From Candidatus Krumholzibacteriia bacterium (GTDB lineage: Bacteria; Krumholzibacteriota; Krumholzibacteriia; LZORAL124-64-63), in contig JAWOID010000029.1 of NCBI GenBank assembly GCA_046484865.1, positions 1 to 64,000 of the forward strand: a stretch of DNA of 64,000 nucleotides, in the 5' to 3' direction. Made by a program: the position numbers and the translations under genes. The notes below the pieces were generated by a model that made no database searches, was not told the origin of the DNA, and worked only from the letters and a program-made list of their open reading frames with translations. The first letter of the stretch is position 1; every line of letters starts with the position of its first letter. Positions 8,980 through 17,017 of the stretch are shown here, in pieces.

Positions 8980-11601
8980 CTAGAGCTGGGCCTGGGCGGG
9001 CATTCCGGCGATCGTGCCTTCCACGACGCTCGTGCCGTTGCCGTCCCACCAGCGGACCAGCCCGGTCTCGAAGCGGTTCAGCGGGTATTTCTCGTTCCGC
9101 GGCACCACGCGCACGGTGAACCCGCGCAGGCCGGAGCGGCGGCACGGAATGTTGCCGCGGAACACCACCTTCCCGGGTTCGTCGCTCTCCGGCATCATCG
9201 TGGCGGTCTCGCCGTCCATGATGAGACCGTCCGAGTCGAGCAGCCCGTGGTAGAGCTCCACGAGCACGTCGCGGCCGGTGAGGTCTCCCAGGTCGAGCAG
9301 CGCGCGCACCGGCAGGTGCGTGCCCATCGGCTGCGCGCGGCGATCCGACTCGGCCACCACCTCCAGGATCTGCACGCGCGGCCAGGACTGGGCGACGACG
9401 TCGCGCCACTGGGCCAGCTCTCTCGCGCCCGCCGCGTTGTCCCGGCGCAGCCGGTCGGTGTTGTACATGCAGGGGATGTAGAACCGCTTGGTGTACTCCT
9501 CCACCTGACGGTTGCTGTTGAAGCTGGCGGAGACCGAACGCATGCTCGCTTTCATCACGCGCGTCCACTCGCGGGGGACACCGTCGCTGCTGCGGTCGTA
9601 GAAGAGAGGCACGATCTCCGCCTCCAGCAGCTCGTAGATGGCCGTGCTCTCCACCTCGTCCTGGTAGGTCTGGTCGTCGTACACCTCGCCGCCGCCGATG
9701 GCCCAGCCGTTGTCGCCCTGATGGCCTTCGCACCACCAGCCGTCCAGCACCGAGAGATTCACCCCTCCGTTCACCGTCACCTTCATGCCGCTGGTGCCGG
9801 ACGCCTCCAGGGGACGGCGGGGAGTGTTGAGCCAGACGTCCACTCCCTGCACCATGTAGCGGCCCACCTCGACGTTGTAGTTCTCGAGGAACACCAGCCG
9901 CTTGCGGAACTCCTCGCGCTGGGCCAGGTGGACGATCTGCCGGATCAGCTCCTTGCCGGGATGATCCTTGGGGTGGGCCTTGCCGGCGAAGATGATCTGC
10001 ACCGGCCGGTCGGGATCGTTGAGGATGCGAGCCAGGCGCTCCGGGTTGCGCAGGATCAGATTGGCGCGCTTGTAGGTGGCGAAGCGGCGGCCGAAGCCGA
10101 TGGTCAGCGCCTCGGGGTCGAGCACCTCGCTCGCCTGCCGCACCCAGGCGCGGTTGGCACCTCGCCGCTGGAGCTGCTGTCGCAGGCGACGTCGCACGAA
10201 GCCCACCAGCCGCTCGCGCATGCGCTCGTGGCTTCGCCACAGCTCGGCGTCCGGGATGTTCCCCACTCGCTCCCAGACCATCTGGTTGGTGGGCTCCTCG
10301 TACCATCGGGGCCCCAGGTAACGGTCGCACAGCCGCGCGATCTCCGAGCACATCCAGCTGCGGGTATGGATGCCGTTGGTGACGTGGGTGATCGGCACCT
10401 CCTCCACCGGCACGCCCGGCCAGAGCCCCTTCCACATGTCCCGCGAGACGTGGCCGTGCAGTTCGCTCACTCCGTTCGCGAACTGGCTCAGCCGCAGGGC
10501 GAGCACCGTCATGCAGAACGTCTCGTTGTCGTTGCGCGGGTTCTCGCGGCCGAGCCCGAGCAGGCTCTTCATCCCGATGCCCAGCCGGTCGGCGAAGCCG
10601 CCGAGGTAGGTGGCCACCAGGTCGGGGTGGAAGCGATCGTTCCCCGCGGGCACCGGTGTGTGGGTGGTGAAGACGTTCGTGGCGCGCACGAGCTCGAAGG
10701 CCACCGAGTAGGGCAGCTTCTCTTCCTCCATGAGGCGCCGCATCCGCTCGAGGGCGAGAAACGCGGAGTGTCCCTCGTTGAGATGGCAGACCGCGGGCTC
10801 GATGCCCAGCGCCGCCAGGGCTCGCACCCCGCCGACGCCCAGCAGCAACTCCTGACGGATGCGCATGTCGATGTCGCCGCCGTAGAGCCGGCTGGTCAGT
10901 TCCCGGTCCTCGGGCCGGTTCTCCGGCAGGTTGGTGTCGAGCAGCAACAGCGGAATCCGGCCCACCCGGACGCGCCAGATCTGCGCCGTGACCAGCCGGC
11001 CGGGGTACTCCACCTGGATGGTGACGGGCCGGCCGCCGGCGTCTTGCTCGAGGGTCATCGACATGTTGTAGTAGTCGTTGACCGCGTAGTCTTCCTGCTG
11101 CCATCCGTCATGGTTGAGATACTGGCGGAAGTAACCGAACTGGTACGCCAGCCCCACGCCGACCAGCGGCAGTCCGAGATCGGTGGCCGATTTGAGGTGA
11201 TCTCCCGCCAGCACGCCCAGTCCTCCGGAGTACAGGGCGAGGCTCTCGTGGAGGCCGAACTCGAACGAGAAGTAGGCGATGGTGCGGTCCCGCAGATCCT
11301 CGTGCTCCGTGTCGAACCAGGTCGGGAGCGAGAGGTAGCGCTCCAGGTCGCCGCGCACGCGGTCCAGGTGAGCCAGCAACGCGGTGTCGCGCACGAGTTC
11401 TGACATGCGGTCCGCCGACAGGCTGCCCAGCACCGCCACCGGATTGTGGTTCTTCTCTTCCCAGAGATCCGGATCCACGCGCCGCAGCAGCGAGATGGCC
11501 TCGGGATTCCAGGTCCACCAGATGTTGCGGCCCACGTCGAGCAGTGGCTGCAGCTTCTCCGGCAAGCTGGGGGTCACGACGAACTTCTGGATCCGGTGCA
11601 T
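8980..11601 (-). CDS. glgP: Alpha-glucan (glycogen) phosphorylase
   Basis: YFSFEFG, YSGGLGVLAGDHLKS, HLNEGH, FTTHTPVPAG, RRFATYKRA, FAGKAHP and EASGTSGMK (PLP Lys). Confidence 0.96.
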   Translation of the reverse strand: MHRIQKFVVTPSLPEKLQPLLDVGRNIWWTWNPEAISLLRRVDPDLWEEKNHNPVAVLGSLSADRMSELVRDTALLAHLDRVRGDLERYLSLPTWFDTEHEDLRDRTIAYFSFEFGLHESLALYSGGLGVLAGDHLKSATDLGLPLVGVGLAYQFGYFRQYLNHDGWQQEDYAVNDYYNMSMTLEQDAGGRPVTIQVEYPGRLVTAQIWRVRVGRIPLLLLDTNLPENRPEDRELTSRLYGGDIDMRIRQELLLGVGGVRALAALGIEPAVCHLNEGHSAFLALERMRRLMEEEKLPYSVAFELVRATNVFTTHTPVPAGNDRFHPDLVATYLGGFADRLGIGMKSLLGLGRENPRNDNETFCMTVLALRLSQFANGVSELHGHVSRDMWKGLWPGVPVEEVPITHVTNGIHTRSWMCSEIARLCDRYLGPRWYEEPTNQMVWERVGNIPDAELWRSHERMRERLVGFVRRRLRQQLQRRGANRAWVRQASEVLDPEALTIGFGRRFATYKRANLILRNPERLARILNDPDRPVQIIFAGKAHPKDHPGKELIRQIVHLAQREEFRKRLVFLENYNVEVGRYMVQGVDVWLNTPRRPLEASGTSGMKVTVNGGVNLSVLDGWWCEGHQGDNGWAIGGGEVYDDQTYQDEVESTAIYELLEAEIVPLFYDRSSDGVPREWTRVMKASMRSVSASFNSNRQVEEYTKRFYIPCMYNTDRLRRDNAAGARELAQWRDVVAQSWPRVQILEVVAESDRRAQPMGTHLPVRALLDLGDLTGRDVLVELYHGLLDSDGLIMDGETATMMPESDEPGKVVFRGNIPCRRSGLRGFTVRVVPRNEKYPLNRFETGLVRWWDGNGTSVVEGTIAGMPAQAQL

Positions 11602-11742
11602 GATCGCTCCCGTGCCTATCTGGAGAATCGGGCCGGAGAGAGCAGGCCGCCGGCCAGCCGGCAGCTCGCAGCCACGCCCGCAAATCTAGACGGGTGGGGC
11701 GCTTTCGCCAGCCCCGCTCGTCGGTTCCTTCGCCGGTCCGCG

Positions 11743-12291
11743 TCAGAACAGCCGGGGCGCGACGACGCGGGCTGCGCGCCCCAGGGTATGGCCCTCCAGC
11801 CGCAGCAACCGGGCCTTCAGGTCCATGCCGCCGCCGAAGCCGACCAGATCGCCGTCGGCGCCCACCACGCGATGGCACGGCACCACGATGGGTACCGGGT
11901 TCGCGCCCACGGCCTGGCCCACCGCGCGCGCGGCGTGCGGACGGCCCAGCATCGCCGCCACCTGCGTGTAGGTGCGGAGCTGCCCGTGGGGTATCTCCAG
12001 CAACGCGCCGAAGACATCGCGCTGGAAGACGCTGCCCCGGAGGTCGAGCGGGACATCGAACGCCCGGCGCTGACCCGCGAAGTACTCGCCGAGCTGTCGC
12101 ACCAGAGGGGCGAAACAGGCGGGATCCTCGCAAGGGCGCGCATCCGGCCCGTGGGCGGACACCGCCGCCCGGGCCTCGGTGCGGTACTCGCAAACCTCCC
12201 GCAAGAAGCGCAGCCGGAGCAGTCCGCGGTCGCTGGCCAGAGCCAGCAACGGTCCCACCACCGTCAGCAGCAGCGAATGGCGGATCTCCAT
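11743..12291 (-). CDS. ogt: Methylated-DNA--protein-cysteine methyltransferase
   Basis: ARAVGQAVGANPVPIVVPCHRVVG active-site motif; start ATG 12291. Confidence 0.92.
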   Translation of the reverse strand: MEIRHSLLLTVVGPLLALASDRGLLRLRFLREVCEYRTEARAAVSAHGPDARPCEDPACFAPLVRQLGEYFAGQRRAFDVPLDLRGSVFQRDVFGALLEIPHGQLRTYTQVAAMLGRPHAARAVGQAVGANPVPIVVPCHRVVGADGDLVGFGGGMDLKARLLRLEGHTLGRAARVVAPRLF

Positions 12292-12535
12292 GGTGTTCGC
12301 CGCTCCAGGTCGCCAGCGTGACTTCCTCCGGCCGAGGCAACGTCCGGGCCGCGGCCGACAGGGCATTGCTCGGTTCGGCGCAGACCGGGCTTCCGGCCGG
12401 CGCGATCGTATCAGATAATCCCCCAGGCCACCAGCCAAGGCGTGCAGTACGGCAGCCAGGCGTGCAGCACGGCAAGCGCTCTGGTCGGTTCCTCTTCGCG
12501 CCGGGGAACCGCCACCAGCTCCGGGGAAGGAAGGC

Positions 12536-13450
12536 ATGCCGCCCTCGTCCGATTCCGTGCCGCCCGGCCGAGGCGACGTGCCCGGCCACGCCGACGTGGT
12601 GGACATCCGTCGCCCGGAGGAGTTCCGGAGCGGGCACCTCCCCGGCGCCTGGTCGCGGCCCCTGGAGGCCGAGCCTCGCTGGCCGCGCCGTGGGCCTTGC
12701 GACGCGCGCCTGGTCGCCGAGCTGTTGCCGTCCGTCCTGCTGCCGGCGCGGGACCGCCCGCTGCTGGTGACGGCGTCCAGCTTCCCGGCGGCGCGCGCGG
12801 TGGCCAGCGCGCTCGCCGCCCGCGGCCGGGCCGTCAGCCCGGTGAGCCTGGGGCCGGACGCCCTTCCGCGCTGGCGCCGTCTTGCGGTCGAGACCGGGCC
12901 CGGTCGCGCACGGCTCTGGTCACCGCCGCCCTTCCTGGCGCGCTGGGCACACGTGCTGCCGCCCCCTGCAGCCGGGCACGTGCTCGACCTCGCTGCCGGT
13001 TCGGGCCGCGCGGCGGTCTGGCTGGCCGGCCGGGGGTACCGGGTGACGGCAGTGGACCGCGATCCCGGGGCGCTCGTTCTGGCCGGGCAGCTGGCCCGGC
13101 TGGAAGGCGTCGACCTCACCCTGCGCGAGGGCGACCTGCGGCGGGCGCCGGCGCTGCCTGCCGGTCCCTGGGCGGTCGTGCTCCTCTTCCGCTATCTCGA
13201 CCGGCCGCTTTTGAGGCGGCTGGCCACCGTGATGGCTCCAGGCGGCCTCCTCGTGCTGCGGACCTTTCGCGACGCGCCCGGCCATCGCGGGCCGCCGTCG
13301 GCGCGGCACCGTCTGCGGCGGCTGGAGATCCCTGCACTCCTGGCGGGCGACGCCTGGGAACTGCTGGTGCACGAGGAGGGCTTCGATCCGGACGGCCAGG
13401 CGGCGGCGGGCGCGGTGGCCCGCCGCCGCGCGCCCGCCGTCGTTACTTGA
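12536..13450 (+). CDS. Rhodanese-like domain fused to class I SAM methyltransferase (TehB-like)
   Basis: N-terminal VVDIRRPEEFRSGHLPGA; C-terminal VLDLAAGSGRAAVWLA, FRYLDR and APGGLL. Confidence 0.75.
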   Translation: MPPSSDSVPPGRGDVPGHADVVDIRRPEEFRSGHLPGAWSRPLEAEPRWPRRGPCDARLVAELLPSVLLPARDRPLLVTASSFPAARAVASALAARGRAVSPVSLGPDALPRWRRLAVETGPGRARLWSPPPFLARWAHVLPPPAAGHVLDLAAGSGRAAVWLAGRGYRVTAVDRDPGALVLAGQLARLEGVDLTLREGDLRRAPALPAGPWAVVLLFRYLDRPLLRRLATVMAPGGLLVLRTFRDAPGHRGPPSARHRLRRLEIPALLAGDAWELLVHEEGFDPDGQAAAGAVARRRAPAVVT

Positions 13451-15287
13451 GCAGGGTCAGCTTCTGGGTGAGACGCTGCTCCTCGCTGTTCAGGACCAGG
13501 AAGTACGTGCCGGAGGGGACTTCACGGCCCTCCTGGTCGCGACCGTGCCAGCTCAGGCTGTGCTTGCCCGCGGTGAAAACCTGGCCCGCCAGTTCCGCCA
13601 CGAGACGGCCCGCCAGATCATGCACGCTCACGGTGACGTGCGCGCTGCGCTCGAGGCGGAAGACCACCTGCGTGCTCGGGTTGAACGGGTTCGGCCAGGC
13701 CGACTCCATGACCGCGATCATCCGCTGTCCGTCCACGGTCAACGTCTCGCTGGCCAGTTCGGTCCATTCGCCAGCGGCTTGCCGGAACCAGAGGCGATAC
13801 TCGATCTGGCCGCCCTGCCGCACCTCGACGCCGTCGTCGTGGGCCACATAGCTGCCGGTGCCGTCTTCCACGTGCGGGACCGTCCAGCTCGCGACGTCGT
13901 CGCCGGTGATCCGCCGGCCCTCGACCCGGTACTCCTCGCCGATCTCCCGGCCGGACGGAACCCAGCGCACGTCCACCCCGGTGCCGGTGCGCACGACCTC
14001 GAAGGAGGTCAGGCCCACCTCGGTGGTGCTGCATCCCACGCCGAGGGCGCCGTACAGCATGCCCGAAGGACTGTTCTCGGGAGCGCAGAGCGAGTCTTCC
14101 TGCAGGTGGAGGTCGCGCGGGCCCTCGATCTCGCAGAAGCGAGGATCCGTGCTCAGGTTGCCGTCGCGGGACCACATGCCGGCCAGCGCTCCGGTCCAGT
14201 TCTGGGTGCCGTTGCCGAAGATGTTCGTCTCGAGGACCGTGGGCTGGGAAGCGCCCTCGCAGACCACCGGCGCCCCCAGGTGGAAGAAGATGATGCAGCG
14301 CTGGATGATCGGCGAGGCGTCCAGGCAGTACATCCCCTGGCCGAGACGGCTGGCGCCGTTGCCGACCACCGAGCAATTCGCCAGCAGCAAGGGCGTGTTC
14401 TGGAAGGCGGCCACCGCCCCCCCGTACTGAGCGCGGTTGTCGGTGAGGATGCAGAACACGAGCGACGGGACGGATTCGAAGTCGCAGTAGACGGCGCCCC
14501 CGTAACCTGGATCCTGCAGGGCGGTGTTGCGCTCCAGCGTGCAGTGCTTGAACACGGGCCGCGAGACTCCCCGCGCCGACACCGCTCCGCCCCAGGCTGC
14601 GTCGTTCCCGGTGAACTCGCACTTCTCGAACTCCGGCCGCGAATCCATGCTGCTGTCGATGGCGCCGCCGCCGTCCGCCGCCTCGTTATCCATGAACCGG
14701 CACTTGATGAAGTGCGGCGAGGCATAGGTCACGCGCACGGCGCCGCCCGATCCCGCGGCGCGGTTCCCGGTGAAGTCGCAGTTGCGGATCACCGGACCGG
14801 AGCGGCTGAAGAACGCACCGCCGCCGCCCCGGTCCACATCGGTGGGGCCGTCGGCCAGACCGTTGGCGAGGGTGATTCCCTCGATTTCCGTGTTGCCGCG
14901 CACGTTGCGGCAGATCAACACCCGGCCGCGCCCCTCGGCGTCGATGACGACGTCGCTGGCGATTCCGGTGGCGCCGCGGATGGAGACGGCGGGCCTGACG
15001 ATGAGATCGGCCTCGCGGTAACGTCCGCGGGCGATGACCACCACGTCGCCGGAATCGGCCGCCGCGACGGCGGCGGCGATCGTGGGGTAGGCCGAGGGGA
15101 CGTTCAGGACCTCCGCTCGCCCGGGCGCTGCGCTCAGGAGCAGCAGCGCGGCCAGGGTGAGCGGTCCGGCGCCGGGCCGGCGGGCCAGGACGAAGGCGGC
15201 TTCACGAAGCGAACGGGTGCGCGGCACATCGGCGAATCCGGTCCAGCCGCGGCGGCTGGTCCGCGATGATCTTCCGTACCTCGTCAA
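13443..15287 (-). CDS. Secreted right-handed beta-helix protein with C-terminal FlgD-Ig/T9SS-like tail (start uncertain)
   Basis: VPSAYPTIAAAV N-cap; repeated FxxNxA...GGA[IV] units; C-terminus AWPNPFNPST...V.VHDLAGRLV..L...WHGRDQEGREVPSGTYF...KLTLLK. Confidence 0.85.
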   Translation of the reverse strand: MTRYGRSSRTSRRGWTGFADVPRTRSLREAAFVLARRPGAGPLTLAALLLLSAAPGRAEVLNVPSAYPTIAAAVAAADSGDVVVIARGRYREADLIVRPAVSIRGATGIASDVVIDAEGRGRVLICRNVRGNTEIEGITLANGLADGPTDVDRGGGGAFFSRSGPVIRNCDFTGNRAAGSGGAVRVTYASPHFIKCRFMDNEAADGGGAIDSSMDSRPEFEKCEFTGNDAAWGGAVSARGVSRPVFKHCTLERNTALQDPGYGGAVYCDFESVPSLVFCILTDNRAQYGGAVAAFQNTPLLLANCSVVGNGASRLGQGMYCLDASPIIQRCIIFFHLGAPVVCEGASQPTVLETNIFGNGTQNWTGALAGMWSRDGNLSTDPRFCEIEGPRDLHLQEDSLCAPENSPSGMLYGALGVGCSTTEVGLTSFEVVRTGTGVDVRWVPSGREIGEEYRVEGRRITGDDVASWTVPHVEDGTGSYVAHDDGVEVRQGGQIEYRLWFRQAAGEWTELASETLTVDGQRMIAVMESAWPNPFNPSTQVVFRLERSAHVTVSVHDLAGRLVAELAGQVFTAGKHSLSWHGRDQEGREVPSGTYFLVLNSEEQRLTQKLTLLK

Positions 15288-15557
15288 TGGGGGCCTCCCT
15301 GATCCTCCGCTGAGGGGGATCCGGAGTGAGACTAAGGGTGTCCTGTATGGCCGGGGGGTGGCGCCCTGAGCAGGGGAAATATGCGGATAACGAACGGCCG
15401 CGTCCAGACCCCATCCCCCCTTCCGGCGAGGGAAATTCTAGGCTGTTTGACGGCATGAGGTTGCACGACCGCGGCCCAGTCCTTAATTTTCCGATCGCTG
15501 TCCCGGTGGGGCCGGCGGGCGAGAATCAACCTTCAGATCCGGGGAACGAGGTTACCC

Positions 15558-15920
15558 ATGATAACGAGCACAACGGTACGACGGTTCGGCAGCGGGCTCG
15601 TCGTCCTGGCAGCCGTGACGGCAACCCTGGCCGCCCGGGCGGACCAGCTGCCGAGCCTGGAACCGGTGACCTGGGCGTGGTCGGCGCCCCAGTCCGGTTC
15701 GGCGGTGTCGCACTACATCGTGGAAGTCGCCATCGACGGCGGCGAGTTCGTGGTCTTCGAGGAGACGACGGCCACCTCGTTCACGCTGACGGATCCGCTG
15801 CGCGCGCGGAAGTACGAGGTGCGAGTGCGCGCTGTCGGCGTCAGCGGGCGCTCCGGTCCGTACTCTCCAGTGTCGGACCCCTGGGATACGCCCATTCCCC
15901 GGCCGGGCTCGGCCGGCTAG
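15558..15920 (+). CDS. Small secreted fibronectin type III domain protein
   Basis: Signal peptide; FN3 pattern W..P......HY.VE...YEVRVRAV...G.SGPYS; SD GAGG. Confidence 0.75.
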   Translation: MITSTTVRRFGSGLVVLAAVTATLAARADQLPSLEPVTWAWSAPQSGSAVSHYIVEVAIDGGEFVVFEETTATSFTLTDPLRARKYEVRVRAVGVSGRSGPYSPVSDPWDTPIPRPGSAG

Positions 15921-15961
15921 TCCTCGCGGATCTTCCATCATCCCGCCATCCTGGGGGCAGC

Positions 15962-17017
15962 GTGCAGATCGGTATCATCGGCCTGAAGTTCGCCGGCAAG
16001 ACCACGCTCTTCAACGCCATCACCGGCACCGGGCTGCCCACGGGCCAGGGCGGCGTCGATCCGCATCGTGCCGTGGGCAAGGTGCCGGATCCGCGGCTCG
16101 ATCGTCTGACCGAGATGTTCCGGCCGCGACGGACGGTGCAGGCGCAGGTGGAGTGGGTCGACGTGCCCGGTTTCGAGACGGGGACCGCCGCCGGCGGCGT
16201 GCGCGAGGCGACCCGCTTTCTCGAACACGCGCGCCGGGTGGATGCGCTCGCCGTGGTGATGCGCGATTTCGACGGGGGCTATGGCGCTCCCGATCCTGCC
16301 GGCGATCTGGAGACCCTGCTGCTGGAACTGACCGTGGCCGACCTCGAGATCGTGGAGCGCCGCTGCGAGCGGCTCGCCAGCGACCGCAAGAAGCTCGGCA
16401 AGGTGGCCAACCCGCAGGAGCCCGACCTCATGGAGCGTTTCCGTACGCAGCTCGAGGCGGGGCGTCCCCTGCGGGAACTGGAACTGAGCGGCGATGAACA
16501 GAAGCTGATCTCGGGGTTCTCCTTCCTCACGTCCAAGCCGCTGGTCGCGGTCGTCAATCACGCCGAGGGCGAGACGCCCGATCCGGACGCGCTGATGCAC
16601 GCGCGCGACGCAGGGGCCGAGGTGGTGGCGCTCTGTCTGGCCGTCGAGGCCGAACTGGCGCAACTCGACGCAGCCGAGGCGCAGGAGTTCCTCGCCGAAC
16701 TCGGCATCGAGGAGCCGGCGGTGGCGCGGATGATCCGCGCTGCCTACGCGGCGCTCCAGTTGCAGAGCTTCTTCACGGTGGGCCCGGACGAGTGCCGTGC
16801 CTGGACCGTGAAACGGGGTACACTGGCGCCCCGGGCGGGTGGGGTGATCCATTCCGACCTCGAACGTGGCTTCATCCGGGCCGAGGTGGTCCGCTACGAC
16901 GACCTGGTGAACGCCGGCAGCATGGCGGCGGCCCGGGACGCGGGTCGGGTCCGGCTGGAGGGGAAGAACTACGAGATCCAGGATGGCGACATCGTCGAGA
17001 TCCGTTTCAGCGTCTGA
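15962..17017 (+). CDS. ychF: YchF/OLA1-family ATPase (divergent P-loop)
   Basis: IGIIGLKFAGKTTLFNAIT, VPDPRLD.L, DVPG, LTSKP and a TGS domain (FFTVGPDECRAWT...IHSDLERGFIRAEV). GTG start 15962. Confidence 0.88.
   Translation: MQIGIIGLKFAGKTTLFNAITGTGLPTGQGGVDPHRAVGKVPDPRLDRLTEMFRPRRTVQAQVEWVDVPGFETGTAAGGVREATRFLEHARRVDALAVVMRDFDGGYGAPDPAGDLETLLLELTVADLEIVERRCERLASDRKKLGKVANPQEPDLMERFRTQLEAGRPLRELELSGDEQKLISGFSFLTSKPLVAVVNHAEGETPDPDALMHARDAGAEVVALCLAVEAELAQLDAAEAQEFLAELGIEEPAVARMIRAAYAALQLQSFFTVGPDECRAWTVKRGTLAPRAGGVIHSDLERGFIRAEVVRYDDLVNAGSMAAARDAGRVRLEGKNYEIQDGDIVEIRFSV

Noticed and set aside
8552..11403. Very long alternative-frame ORFs over glgP (850 aa and 718 aa), and similar shadow ORFs across the window
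   Set aside because: They are Arg/Gly/Pro/Ala-rich, carry no motifs and overlap well-supported genes. This is expected from stop-codon scarcity in high-GC DNA.
15451..15465. Sigma-54-like CGGCATGAGGTTGCA
   Set aside because: GG-to-GC spacing is 9 nt, while sigma-54 requires 10.
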